DNA of 64,000 bases from Oscillatoria acuminata PCC 6304 (GTDB taxonomy: Bacteria > Cyanobacteriota > Cyanobacteriia > Cyanobacteriales > Laspinemataceae). The stretch is from the NCBI RefSeq assembly GCF_000317105.1, contig NC_019693.1, positions 3,903,227-3,967,226 on the forward strand, read 5' to 3'. Under the pieces are notes generated by a model. The model searched no databases and had not been told where the DNA came from. It saw only the letters and a program-made list of their open reading frames with translations. A program made the position numbers and the translations under genes. This document shows positions 1 to 9,979 of this stretch, one piece after another. Each line of letters starts with the position of its first letter. Positions within the stretch are counted from its first letter, which is position 1.

Positions 1-200
1 CCCCCGATATGGCGATCGTTAATAAAAATCTGAGGCAGCGATCGACGCCCATTTGCACGGGTTGCCATCTGATCCCTGGCGTCTTCATCTCCATCGATGC
101 AGTATTCCGCATACTCTACACCTTTGCGATCTAACAGCGCTTTCGCCCGCAGACAGAAGGGACAACGACTCCAGGTGTAGATTTCTACGTTAGGTTTCAT
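1..200 (-). CDS. Glutaredoxin (GrxC-type, CPFC active site); C-terminal part runs off the window start
   Basis: Reverse-strand translation from ATG at 200-198: MKPNVEIYTWSRCPFCLRAKALLDRKGVEYAEYCIDGDEDARDQMATRANGRRSLPQIFINDRHIGG. The CPFC motif and the overall pattern are typical of glutaredoxin 3. Confidence 0.75.
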   Translation of the reverse strand, partial: MKPNVEIYTWSRCPFCLRAKALLDRKGVEYAEYCIDGDEDARDQMATRANGRRSLPQIFINDRHIG

Positions 201-444
201 AATTGGTTCACAAGTCTGAGCAATCGGATCTTTATTCAATTGTAACGGGACTGCTCACCCCCGTTAGTTTTCTGACGCGGACTGACTGTTAATCAGTGAT
301 TCAAACTGCCAAAATTTATCCCGAGAAGACCCCCTAAAGCGGGCTCATCCCACTAGCCCTGTCAAGGTGTGTAGATTGTAGGGGCGTATTGCATACGCCC
401 AAAAGAGGGCGTATGCAATACGCCCCTACAAGAAACCCTGATTT

Positions 445-2966
445 ATTAGGGGTCGAGAATGGAGTCACCTCCATCCCCTCCCATTCAGAACCGGACATGA
501 GACTTTCACCTCATCCGGCTCCTAGTTTAGACGCCCATTGTCATTGGTACGACTTGACGTTCTGCATATCTTCAGCCGTCTTTTTATCGTGACAGTGCCG
601 ATGCAATAACTGTAGATTTCGGTATTCATCTTTACCTCCCATTGAGAGTGGCTGGATGTGGTCAACCTCCATCAAGTCTTCCATTGCGAAATATTGTCCG
701 CAACGTGAACATCGGCCTGAGTGCTTTTTAAGCAATTTTGCTACTCGCATTGGAACTTCTAATGAGGTTCCTCTTCTAGTTGCCCAATAACTCCAATTTC
801 CGTCATACGGGGATGCTTCTGGCTTGACCAATGTATGCCTTGTAATTTGAGTATAGGAGTGTTTCCAGAGACTTAATCCGTCTTTTGCTTGAAACAGCCA
901 CTTCTCATTTCTTTCCTTTCCGTTTCCGATTTTAACCGTGACCTTATGGAAATATTTTCTCAGCTTTTCAAGGTTTGCCTGACCGCATCTTGATACTGTC
1001 CATGCCCTCAATTGTTGCCAAATGTTATAGTCCATTTGGCTGAAGGTTTCCGCTGAAACTACCCCTGAGTAGTAATTACTCCAACCTCTAATGATTGGGT
1101 TTAGTCTACTTATTAGGGCCGCTTGGGGTGCAGTTTTATGATTTTTGATGACACCCTTTAATGCTTCACTGTGGGCTTTGATTGCTTTGGCGCTTGGCTT
1201 GATATGGGTTTTATGCCCGATTAGTCTGCTGTTTGCGCCTCCTGTTTTCCCGGACTTGTATTTACCTACTGGATATTGCCTAATGGTAAATCCGAGGAAA
1301 TCAAATCCTGGGGTGACCTTTTCTCCATTTACTTCGATTTCTCTAAGTGTGTGGCATATTTTGGTCTTTTCAGGTTTAAGCTCAAGTCCTACGGGCTTTA
1401 GCCAGTTTTCCAAAGCTATCTTGCATTGATTGATGATTTCAATCTCTGGTGAGATTACTACGAAATCATCGGCATATCTGATTAAGGTGGCCTTGACTTT
1501 CTGACCTTGAATTAAAGGATACAGTTCTTCGATTAACCTGGCCATTCCATCCAATGCAATGTTGGCCAGGAGCGGACTTATCACTCCTCCTTGGGGTGTC
1601 CCGCTTGGGGTCTCCTCAAATACGCCATTATCCACTACCCCTGCCTTTAACCATTGTTTGATTTGGCGACGGTGTTGTGAACAACAATCTAATTTGGACA
1701 GTAGGTATTCATGGTTAATCTTGTCGAAGCATTTGGTTATATCTGCATCTAGGACATAATAACTGCCCTTATTTATAGATGCGTAGATGCGACCTATTGC
1801 GTCGTGGGCAGAGCGTCCTGGTCGGAAACCATAGCTCGTCCCTTCAAACCTAGCTTCCCATTCGGGTTCTAAGGCTTGTTTAACCAAGGCTTGCTCGGCT
1901 CTATCTCTAATAGTTGGGATACCCAATGGGCGCTTTTCATTACGTCCTGGTTTGGGAATCCAAACCCTTCTGAGTGCTTTGGCTAAGAATTGTTCACCAA
2001 GGTCCTTAACAAGTTCGAGGCGTTGTTCGGGTTTTAAGGATTTTACCCCATCTATCCCTGCCGTCCTCTTGCCTTGGTTGTCTTGGGTCACTTTCCTAAC
2101 CGCTAAGAGCCTCGCGTAATATGACGAGGTTAGAAGTTTTTGCAACCTTCTGGCTTTGGCATCCTGTCCCGATTTAGCCGCTTGGAAAATACGTTTTTGC
2201 AACTTAAATACTTTCCTTTGAACTTTTGCCCAAGGAATTGCATTCCATGTTTCCGTAGTCTTTAAACTCGTATTAACCTTGTTCATTGCTACTGTCATCT
2301 ATCCATTGCGTCTAAACCGTAACCTGTTAGCCTATCCATTCCATTACAGAATGGCGTTTGCTTCGGGTTACATCTCACCCCCTCAGTGCATCCGCTTACA
2401 CTTATTACTACTTAGGAAATCGACCAATTTCTAAGAGCATCTGAGGGGTTATAACGTTCCGTCTATGTGGGTGATTCACTTTTTGGCTTGTCCTATCTCC
2501 CGGTGGAATTGAGGGTCTGTGTAGAGGAAGACGAAAAGCCTCTACCTTTCCACGTATCCTTTTTGGATGCAGTGTTTCATCCCATTTCACTGCTAATTTT
2601 TTACGAGAGTTCAGGCCGGACATTCAGTTTCCTTAGCCGTGAGCGATTAGCAGTGGTCTCTATCCTAGGTTGGTCTACCTATTAGAGCCTTCCGTTCCCC
2701 GCTTCAATCCTAGGGTCGTGACTCCTAAAACTGGGGGTGGCTATCGCCGTTGCACCTGAAAAGTGTTGGCAACAAATTATTGCACTACTCATCAGAACCC
2801 TGTGCCGTCCTACCTTGAGTACCAAATTGGTAACTCATTTGGACACGCATAGACAGTTATGAGGTCATCTGGGACGAGTCCCTTTATCTAACCCAAGGGG
2901 GGTTAAAGCCTCACTGGGGGTTATTTCAGGCATTTCAGCCTTATTTCACTCCCAAACGTTTCGCAC
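445..2966 (-). mobile_element. Group II intron (about 2.5 kb) with an intron-encoded protein in domain IV
   Basis: The reverse-strand 5' end reads GTGCGAAACGTTTGGG (consensus GUGYG). Domain V at about 486-519 reads (rc) GAGCCGGATGAGGTGAAAGTCTCATGTCCGGTTC, matching the classic consensus. The 3' end is ...CCCCTAAT, ending in AY. The boundaries exactly restore the uninterrupted MITE sequence GACGAA|AAATCAGGG. Confidence 0.85.
541..2298 (-). CDS. Group II intron-encoded reverse transcriptase/maturase with C-terminal HNH endonuclease domain
   Basis: 585 aa. RT palm motif is present (...LIRYADDFVVIS...). A maturase X region is present (RGWSNYYS). A C-terminal HNH motif is present (CSRCG...VDHIQPLSMGGKDEYRNLQLLHRHCHDKKT). 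Confidence 0.9.
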   Translation of the reverse strand: MTVAMNKVNTSLKTTETWNAIPWAKVQRKVFKLQKRIFQAAKSGQDAKARRLQKLLTSSYYARLLAVRKVTQDNQGKRTAGIDGVKSLKPEQRLELVKDLGEQFLAKALRRVWIPKPGRNEKRPLGIPTIRDRAEQALVKQALEPEWEARFEGTSYGFRPGRSAHDAIGRIYASINKGSYYVLDADITKCFDKINHEYLLSKLDCCSQHRRQIKQWLKAGVVDNGVFEETPSGTPQGGVISPLLANIALDGMARLIEELYPLIQGQKVKATLIRYADDFVVISPEIEIINQCKIALENWLKPVGLELKPEKTKICHTLREIEVNGEKVTPGFDFLGFTIRQYPVGKYKSGKTGGANSRLIGHKTHIKPSAKAIKAHSEALKGVIKNHKTAPQAALISRLNPIIRGWSNYYSGVVSAETFSQMDYNIWQQLRAWTVSRCGQANLEKLRKYFHKVTVKIGNGKERNEKWLFQAKDGLSLWKHSYTQITRHTLVKPEASPYDGNWSYWATRRGTSLEVPMRVAKLLKKHSGRCSRCGQYFAMEDLMEVDHIQPLSMGGKDEYRNLQLLHRHCHDKKTAEDMQNVKSYQ

Positions 2967-3227
2967 TTCGTCATTAAATTTATCACCTTGACAGGGCTAG
3001 CTCATCCCACCCTTTGGTGATAAAAATTGCTTAATTCATTGATTAATAACTACAAAGCGATTCAAATAAAATTTAATCAAAATTAACCACTAGGGCAGAT
3101 TTAAACAAAAAACTCCCCACGATGCGGGGGAGCGCAAAATCACCCAGTTTGAAATTTATAGAGCTTCAAACAGCTCCCCTTATTCACAATTAATCTATTC
3201 CTTCATGGGAACTCATGATTCTAGGGT

Positions 3228-4046
3228 TTAACCTTCAGTTTGAATCAGAGTTTGCGGCTTTTTTTTACCATATCTAAGGACTCCAAATCCCACCAGTAAG
3301 AGTGCTGTCGTAGCTGTAGGTTCCGGAACCTGTCTCGGACTTTCTGAGGGAATGCCGATATCAATCGTACCCCGTCCCGTGCCGCTAGCGCCGGCAAAAG
3401 TCTGTCCGTTAATGCTTTGGTAGCGAACACCAAAGTTGTTCAGAGCAAAGCTTTGAACTTCACCAGAAAAGGCTAGAGTCGCCTTAAAGTTTCCAGTATT
3501 CCCGGTAGTGACGCCGCCATTGCCTCCCCCTTCGCAGGTATTCCCATTGGTAAAGCAGACATCAATTTCTTTAAACCCATTAGGAAAGGAGCCAGAGCGG
3601 TCCTTGCTAAATAAGCCTTCAACTCGGGTCTTGCCTGCACCATTAGTGTTGCCGAGGCCAACCAAGTTCATACTTGACCCGACACTGGAGCCATCAAAAT
3701 TCCAAACATCAAACCCTAACGCTGAGGTGCGAGAGGTGATGCCATTGCTGGAGTTGTTCTTGAGGAACACATCAAAAATTGCCTCGGTGTTGCTGCCAAC
3801 GCTGTTAAATCCGAGGAATTTAAAAATTGCTTCTGATGAGAGTCCCGTAACGGTTTTTTCCTTGACGACGCTTCCGTCAAAGTTAATGGTAAACTCTTTG
3901 CCAATATCGCTGGCAGAAATGCCAACAGTTTTACTGCTGTCAAAAAGAGTAAACGCTGAGGCAGAAGCGGCGACTGTCAAGGAGTAAACCCCGACGGAGC
4001 CAATGACTGATAGTCCTAAAGTAAGTGGTTTGAGCAATCTAAACAT
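3228..4046 (-). CDS. PEP-CTERM sorting-domain secreted protein (exosortase substrate), function unknown
   Basis: N-terminal signal peptide (MFRLLKPLTLGLSVIGSVGVYSLTVAASASA). C-terminal PEP-CTERM motif (VPEPTATTALLLVGFGVLRYGKKKPQ). Gly/Asn/Ser-rich mature part. Confidence 0.6.
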   Translation of the reverse strand: MFRLLKPLTLGLSVIGSVGVYSLTVAASASAFTLFDSSKTVGISASDIGKEFTINFDGSVVKEKTVTGLSSEAIFKFLGFNSVGSNTEAIFDVFLKNNSSNGITSRTSALGFDVWNFDGSSVGSSMNLVGLGNTNGAGKTRVEGLFSKDRSGSFPNGFKEIDVCFTNGNTCEGGGNGGVTTGNTGNFKATLAFSGEVQSFALNNFGVRYQSINGQTFAGASGTGRGTIDIGIPSESPRQVPEPTATTALLLVGFGVLRYGKKKPQTLIQTEG

Positions 4047-4516
4047 ATCTCTTTCCTGAATGCTACCAGCATAATGGGTGAAATTGAACCGACGGTTGTT
4101 GCACTCTTAGTTGGCTGTTCTAGTCAGAATATTTATGCCACCCTATTAAGCACTTGCACCAAGCGACGGAATTGGTTAATTCCTTCACTTTTTTAAAAAG
4201 TAGGCCTAACTCCCACTGGGCGGAGCCATCGCCGGTACTCCATTCAACTGTACCCAGACTGACTTAACTCTGTCCATAGTTTTGTGCCAGCTTTGTAAAA
4301 TCTTTATATAAATAAAATAAATACTAAAATTCAGACAGAGTTTGGCTCGGCACAAATACAAAGTTTTGATAAAGTCCGAGATTTTACGGAGCAACAAGTC
4401 CTCAATGAATGAATTGCGGACTTGTTGACTAAGAGGGTTTAACCTATTCTTACCTCATGGAACTGGGATTGTCCTCAGCAAAATCGCGTAACTTGGGCAA
4501 AAAAGGAATAAAGAGA

Positions 4517-6148
4517 TTACTGAGGAGCCACTGCATAATCGATAAGTTGAGCCAGTCGTTGGCGCAGGGTTTCGAGTCCGAGACGCTGACTAGCACAGAT
4601 AAAGACAGCCAGGGGAAACTCTTCCTTGGCGATCGCCAAGGTATCCCCATCCACCGCATCAATCTTATTAAAAGCAACCAGGGCCGGTCCTGGAGTAACC
4701 GGCATTTCCCCTAAAATCTTCATCACGGATCGAATCTGACTTTGCCATGCCGGATGGGATAAATCGACAACGTGCAGCAAGGCATCCGCTTCGGTGACTT
4801 CTTCTAAGGTGGCGCGGAAGGCATCCATCAAGGAGGGGGGCAGTTCGTGAATGAATCCTACCGTGTCAGTGACAACTATAGTCTGGGTACTGCCGAGCAC
4901 CGTGGGAATCACTAACCGGCGGGTGGTGGGGTCCAAGGTGGCAAATAGTTGATCTGCCGTATAAATTTCCGCATTGGTCAAGGCATTGAGCAGGGTGGAT
5001 TTACCGGCGTTGGTGTAACCCACGATCGCCACGGAAGGGACATCTTGATGTTGGCGTCGCAGACGCATCCGCGATCGATGGGCCTGCAATTCGTTCACTT
5101 CCTGTTGCAAACGGGCAATTCGCCGTTGAATGGCGCGGCGTTCGGTTTCCAGTTTGGTTTCTCCAGGGCCTCGGGTCCCAATTCCGCCCCCTAAGCGGGA
5201 CATCGCTTGACCGCGACCCGTGAGGCGGGGCAGCATATATTCCAGTTGGGCTAATTCCACTTGGAGTTTACCTGCCCCAGATTGAGCGCGTTGGGCAAAG
5301 ATATCCAGAATCACCTCAGTGCGATCGACTACGCGGACGCCGATTTGGACCTCCAGATTGCGGACTTGGGCCGGAGACAGTTCGCGATCGAAGACAATCA
5401 GATTGCTGCCGAGGGTTTGGGCCGTGAGGGCGATTTCTTCCACCTTACCCTTGCCGACCACAGTTTGGGGATGGAGTCGGGGACGTTTCTGGCGCATGGT
5501 TTGCAGGACGGTTCCCCCAGCAGTATCCACTAGACGGGCGAGTTCGGTGAGTCCATCTTCAAATTGCTCATCTTTGAGATTATGGGTCATCACCCCGACT
5601 AATAGGGCGCGATCGTGGTCCGCATCCACATCCCGGGCAATAAATTCGCGCTGAAACTCCGCTTCTAGGCCCTCGACGAGTTCTAGGAAGTCCTGTAGGG
5701 AGAGGGCATCCAGACTCATGGGGGGAGAAACAGTCCAGGTGGCGATCGGTCCATCGCCCTCACCCTCATCCATTCCCGTTTGGGGAATCAAATGTGCTAA
5801 ATAGGACTGACTCACATAACCCGTGGCCCCACCTCCACGCCGTTCAAACCCCTCCCCGGTTAAATTCAAGACGACTAACGCATCCAAGCGTTGAATCGCC
5901 ATTGCCGTCAGAGAAGACTCACTTGGCCCCTCTCCCTTCAACTGAGTCGTAATACAGCGAATCCCACTCAGACGCCCCTCACCATACCGGGGTAATTCCA
6001 TTGCTGGGATTTGGGTTTGACGCGGTGAACCCACCCCCACCCGGATCACTTGACCCCGACGATTGATATAAACACAAAGGGAATCGTTAATTTCCGTACT
6101 AATCGCCGCCAGACGCTGGGCAAATTCCGAGGTAGTAATCGCATCCAC
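4517..6148 (-). CDS. hflX: GTPase HflX
   Basis: 543 aa. G1 motif [15 protein letters not shown] and G3 motif DTVGF are present. The HflX N-terminal domain and coiled-coil linker ([15 protein letters not shown]) are present. Confidence 0.85.
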   Translation of the reverse strand: MDAITTSEFAQRLAAISTEINDSLCVYINRRGQVIRVGVGSPRQTQIPAMELPRYGEGRLSGIRCITTQLKGEGPSESSLTAMAIQRLDALVVLNLTGEGFERRGGGATGYVSQSYLAHLIPQTGMDEGEGDGPIATWTVSPPMSLDALSLQDFLELVEGLEAEFQREFIARDVDADHDRALLVGVMTHNLKDEQFEDGLTELARLVDTAGGTVLQTMRQKRPRLHPQTVVGKGKVEEIALTAQTLGSNLIVFDRELSPAQVRNLEVQIGVRVVDRTEVILDIFAQRAQSGAGKLQVELAQLEYMLPRLTGRGQAMSRLGGGIGTRGPGETKLETERRAIQRRIARLQQEVNELQAHRSRMRLRRQHQDVPSVAIVGYTNAGKSTLLNALTNAEIYTADQLFATLDPTTRRLVIPTVLGSTQTIVVTDTVGFIHELPPSLMDAFRATLEEVTEADALLHVVDLSHPAWQSQIRSVMKILGEMPVTPGPALVAFNKIDAVDGDTLAIAKEEFPLAVFICASQRLGLETLRQRLAQLIDYAVAPQ

Positions 6149-6606
6149 GGGGAGTTTTTGGTGGTACAGACGGTTAAGTTGCTTAAGCTGACTGGATTTA
6201 AGTCCTTGTAGCTGTCCATATATCGTTTCGATAGGCGTATTGACCAGGAAACTGGCCCTCCGAACTCTTTATTTCTTTATTTTATCGTGAGTTAAAGGGA
6301 TGTTAGGGAGTTTAGCTGTTTTAAAGGGCGCTGGATGATTTAAGGGGGGAATGGAGGCATTGGGATAGAAAGAAAAGAGGCAATCTGTCAAACATCCTGG
6401 GTAAGGGTTACTGCCAATCCCGCAGAGTCGCTATTGTTATTAGTTAGGCTGCTAATTTTGTTAATGCCTGCAATGTGTTCCCCTGCCAAGGCAGTTCGAG
6501 AACCCAGCCATTTTTACGGAGGTCGCGAGAGGTTCGGGTAGGGGCGATCGCCTCTCCATACCTTGAGGAGAAAGCAGTCTAGGTTTGGCCTGAACCAGAG
6601 ATTAAC

Positions 6607-6957
6607 TTATAGCGGAAGTATGTGAATGCGGTTAATCCATTCTTCCGCTTCACTGGCTTCCCAAATCAAAACGATATCCTCTACCGCCGCCCGGATCGAT
6701 ATGTTTTGGGGGATAATAATGACACCACTGCTACGGGTTTGAGTGATAAATTCACTAAAATTTAGAGGCATAGTTTTGCGATCGTGACTCACCAGTACCC
6801 GCCCTAAGCGCGCTGCAACTGCCAAAACTTCCAGATCACTCAAGGAATCTAAATTAGCAGTTTGTGCGGATTGAAAATCAATCAAACTTTCTCGCCGTAG
6901 GGTTGCCTTGACAATAATATGGTTTAGATCGACATCGGCTTGAAAACGAATTTTCAT
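6607..6957 (-). CDS. DUF5615-like (PIN-like) putative toxin, partner of the upstream DUF433 gene
   Basis: 116 aa. It overlaps the upstream 105-aa ORF by 4 bp (ATGA). The DUF433/DUF5615 pair architecture is common in cyanobacteria. Confidence 0.4.
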   Translation of the reverse strand: MKIRFQADVDLNHIIVKATLRRESLIDFQSAQTANLDSLSDLEVLAVAARLGRVLVSHDRKTMPLNFSEFITQTRSSGVIIIPQNISIRAAVEDIVLIWEASEAEEWINRIHILPL

Positions 6958-7271
6958 ACTTGGAGTGACTGTAACCGCCGTGCTTGAATCAGTTTTTGGT
7001 GAAACTCTGTGTCGGCACTGTGGTTTGATTGCCGTAATGCTTCAAATTCAGCATTTGTTTGTTTTAAGTAGGTATCGATTTCAGGACCATGAGCGAGATA
7101 ATAGGTAATTGCGCCATAAACTTGTTCCAGGGACAGAGTAGGGAAACACTCTGTCGCGATGGTTTCGGGGGATAACCCTTCAAGAAAGGCAAAAATGATG
7201 GAATCGAGGGAAACGCGAGTCCCCGCCACCCAATACCCTTCATTTCGTTTGTCTACATAGGGTTTGTTCAT
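6954..7271 (-). CDS. DUF433-family small protein (putative antitoxin-like)
   Basis: 105 aa. The fold is recognised from the sequence pattern (..GTRVSLDSIIFAFLEGLSPETIATECFPTLSLEQVYGAITYYLAH..). It is translationally coupled to 6607-6957. Confidence 0.45.
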   Translation of the reverse strand: MNKPYVDKRNEGYWVAGTRVSLDSIIFAFLEGLSPETIATECFPTLSLEQVYGAITYYLAHGPEIDTYLKQTNAEFEALRQSNHSADTEFHQKLIQARRLQSLQV

Positions 7272-7820
7272 AGTAAACTTCTTGATTTCAACTAACTCTA
7301 TCTATAATCATAGGATGATCGTTTCTGTAAATGTGTTGTCAAAACCGGACCCCATTCTCGACGTCTTTGTTGGACACGATTAGGGATGCTCCTGATAGAT
7401 TCCAGCACGACTCATGGTAGAGTCCGGTAGGGTAGGGACATCTGGTCCTAGAGAAGCTGTCAATTCATCCGCTAACTGATTGGCGATCGCCTCAAATTCA
7501 TCCTCCTGTTCAATGGGGTTCGGTGAGGGTTGTAGCAGTGCCTCTACCGTGGGTGCAAAAGCCTCCGCCAACAGTTGCTGAAGGGCGATCGCATCCCCAC
7601 TCGCGATCCTTTCTCAGCATTTTGCTTCAACTTCCGGCGACAAGTTCAAGGTAATCCTGATCATCGGTTTTCCTCTGAAATTTCGGTTTTTCTTGATGTT
7701 AAATTGCTCTTGACTTGAAAGTTAAGTTTTAGAGGGTGAGTCAGTGTAATGGCTGTTTAGCACTGCTAGATCAATCATCTTGGGTAATTGTGATAGGACG
7801 GAGGCGATCGCCTTCCTAGT

Positions 7821-8474
7821 TTAACTCCCCCCTTGCGCGATCGCTGCTTCAAATTCTGCTAATGCCTGAGAGGTCCCCACTTGCCAAGCGCGATCGACTA
7901 CCCTGGGAATAATTTGCGCGATCGCCTGATCCGGAAAAATCGGACTACTCTCAGTCGTGACATACTCTCCCTCTTGTAACAGATAGATAGTTAGTTTAGA
8001 CTGATTATATACCCAAACTTCTGGGCATTCAATCGCTTTATAGGCTTCGATGGTGGTTTTAGAAGTGACATCGGTTTCTATGGCCAAATCCGGCGGTGGG
8101 TCATCCGGTTCCAGGCGGCGACGTCCAATCATCCGTTGACAGTTTTGGATATAAAAACTAGCATCTGGTTCAATTCCTGCCATTCCTTCTCGTTTAAAGG
8201 TGGTCGATCCAAAAGGTTCATATTTTATGCCTTTTGCTTTTAGCAAAATTTTGACAATATCAGAAATGATGTCATTGGGTTTTTCATGTTCAGGTAAAGG
8301 AACCATAATTTGTAAAGTGTTATGACTGTAGGCAATGCGGGAAGCTCTTTTTTCTCCCAATTCTTGTAAGAGGGTCTCAAATTCCTGCCAACTGATGTTG
8401 GAAATGGTAACGGTACTCCCGGGTTCTAGCTTTATTTGACTAACGGGTTTAACAATGCTGGTGATCAGAGTCAT
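7821..8474 (-). CDS. Uma2-family (DUF820) restriction-endonuclease-like protein
   Basis: 217 aa. The family is very abundant in cyanobacteria and has PD-(D/E)xK-like organisation. Assignment is from overall similarity pattern. Confidence 0.55.
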   Translation of the reverse strand: MTLITSIVKPVSQIKLEPGSTVTISNISWQEFETLLQELGEKRASRIAYSHNTLQIMVPLPEHEKPNDIISDIVKILLKAKGIKYEPFGSTTFKREGMAGIEPDASFYIQNCQRMIGRRRLEPDDPPPDLAIETDVTSKTTIEAYKAIECPEVWVYNQSKLTIYLLQEGEYVTTESSPIFPDQAIAQIIPRVVDRAWQVGTSQALAEFEAAIAQGGS

Positions 8475-8508
8475 AATAAAAAGCAGTAAATTGTTATCAG
8501 ATTACCAT

Positions 8509-9072
8509 CTATTCTAACAGCCAGCCAAATATCTCTGCCACCGTTAACTGCAACTCGCTGGCAAAGGCAGGAACGGGAATTTGCTGTTCAGGTTCGTCAA
8601 AAAAATTCGTTTTCTGGTCAGGATAATACACCCAAATGGTCTGTTCCGTGGGGTCAATCAGCCAACCCATTTGAGTCCCATGTTTGAGAGCGTGCAGAAT
8701 TTTTTTTGTGACTTTGGTTTGACTCTGTGCGGGAGAGAGTATTTCTATCATCCAATCGGGAGAGTCGTTAAACACATTGGCTACTCTGCCATTTTCTGTC
8801 CTGGGGATTCTCTCCCAAGTAAAGACGGCGATATCTGGCACAAGGGTTCGTCCATCAAAGATACAGCGCAGTTCTGGGAAAGCTCTGGCTATTTTTTGCG
8901 GCTTCACAACGGCAGTAATTGCGATAATCAGTTCCGCTTGAATTGTGCTGTGTTCTCCTTGCAGCATTGGCTTTTAAATGATTTCGCCTTCAATATATTC
9001 ACTGGCGGGTTTGGTTTCAAGGAGGTTGAGAAACTCTGCTAAGGTTAAAGATTTGGATGGGGTTTGGATCAT
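8509..9072 (-). pseudogene. Uma2-family gene, tandem paralogue of 9118-9681 carrying a nonsense mutation (CAA to TAA at about 8979-8981); a residual 152-aa ORF spans 8509-8967
   Basis: Nucleotides 8968-9072 align with the coding N-terminus of the downstream paralogue (9568-9681). The Gln codon of the intact copy (ttg on + strand) is tta here, giving an in-frame stop. Confidence 0.5.
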
Positions 9073-9117
9073 GTTAGGGGTTCTCCAAAATGATAAAATT
9101 TTTTATTAAATTACTAT

Positions 9118-9681
9118 CTATTCTAACAGCCAACAAAATATCTCTGCCACCGTTAGCCGCAACTCGCTGGCAAAGGCAGGAACGGGTATTTGCTGTTCAG
9201 GTTCATCAAAGACTTCGATTTTTTGCTGAGAATGATATACAAAAACAGTCTTTTCTTGGGGATCAATTAACCAACCCATTTGAGTTCCCTGCTTGAGAGC
9301 GTTCAGAATTTTTTTTGTGACTTTGGTTTGACTCTGTTCGGGCGATAAAATTTCTATAAGCCAGTCTGGTGCTGATGTAAAAATATTAGCAATTTCGCCA
9401 TTTTCGTCCCGGGGAATTCTTTCCCAGATAAAGACTGAAACATCAGGGACAATCGATTGTCCTGCAAAACTGCATCTCAGTTCAGAAAAGGCTCGGGCAA
9501 TTTTAGGTCCTCTGAGAGTGGCATTGACTGTAGCCGCCAATTCGGTTTGAATTGAACTATGTTTTCCTTTCGGCATTGGCTTTTGAATGATTTCGCCTTC
9601 AATATATTCACTGGCGGGTTTGGTTTCGGGGAGGTTGAGAAACTCTTCTAAGGTTAAAGATTTGGATGGGGTTTGGATCAT
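9118..9681 (-). CDS. Uma2-family (DUF820) endonuclease-like protein, intact paralogue
   Basis: 187 aa. It is highly similar to the 8509-8967 product (..IARAF.ELRC.F.G....PD..VF.WERIPR.ENG..AN.F...PDW.IEILSP.QSQTKVTKKIL.ALK.GTQMGWLIDP..). Confidence 0.6.
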   Translation of the reverse strand: MIQTPSKSLTLEEFLNLPETKPASEYIEGEIIQKPMPKGKHSSIQTELAATVNATLRGPKIARAFSELRCSFAGQSIVPDVSVFIWERIPRDENGEIANIFTSAPDWLIEILSPEQSQTKVTKKILNALKQGTQMGWLIDPQEKTVFVYHSQQKIEVFDEPEQQIPVPAFASELRLTVAEIFCWLLE

Positions 9682-9979
9682 GTTAGGGGTTCTCCAAAAT
9701 GAGTGGGGTTGGGTGTGCGATCGCCTCTCTCAAATTCCCCCTATTATAGCGCTCAATCCTAGAGCGCATTCCGTTTTCCCAAAAAAGAAACCGGATTTCT
9801 GATTCAAGGTAAGGGTCTCTCCCTAATCCTTGTTCAGAAACCCGGTTTGTGGATTGTTTAGAGGGTCAGTATAGGATTAGTCCCAAGGGACAAGAAACCG
9901 GGTTTTTACAAAAATTTACTGTTAACTGGCAGAAGTTTTGTGAAAAAACCCGGTTTCTAACCTTTGTGCTAAACCCGGA

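Larger units (their letters stand above)
353..3000. repeat. MITE-like element copy A (TIR CTAGCCCTGTCAAGG ... CCTTGACAGGGCTAG, hairpin core GGGGCGTATTGCATACGCCC-aaaagag-GGGCGTATGCAATACGCCCC), disrupted by a group II intron; flanked by 9-bp direct repeats CTCATCCCA (344-352 and 3001-3009)
   Basis: Terminal inverted repeats are seen at 353-367 and 2986-3000. The identical 9-mer CTCATCCCA abuts both ends, as expected for a target-site duplication. Internal sequence left and right of the intron reconstitutes the uninterrupted copy at 25521-25711. Confidence 0.7.

Noticed and set aside
389-592. 67-aa plus-strand ORF
   Set aside because: It overlaps the MITE hairpin and intron domain V/VI, and its peptide has no features. 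It is a structural-RNA/repeat region, not coding.
1145-1759. Plus-strand ORFs 1145-1429 and 1559-1759
   Set aside because: They lie antisense inside the intron-encoded RT/maturase gene, which has clear RT and HNH motifs. They are shadow ORFs.
3245-3987. Several ORFs (3245-3433, 3473-3661, 3508-3987, 3716-3943) overlapping the PEP-CTERM gene
   Set aside because: They are alternate-frame or antisense shadows of the 3228-4046 gene, which has both a signal peptide and a PEP-CTERM motif.
6180-6600. Possible tRNA or ncRNA upstream of hflX, and in other gaps (16740-17280, 42000-42250, 60336-60671)
   Set aside because: I scanned for T-arm-like GGTTCGAATCC / GGATTCGAACC motifs and cloverleaf-sized inverted repeats and found none. 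No tRNA or rRNA can be supported by eye.
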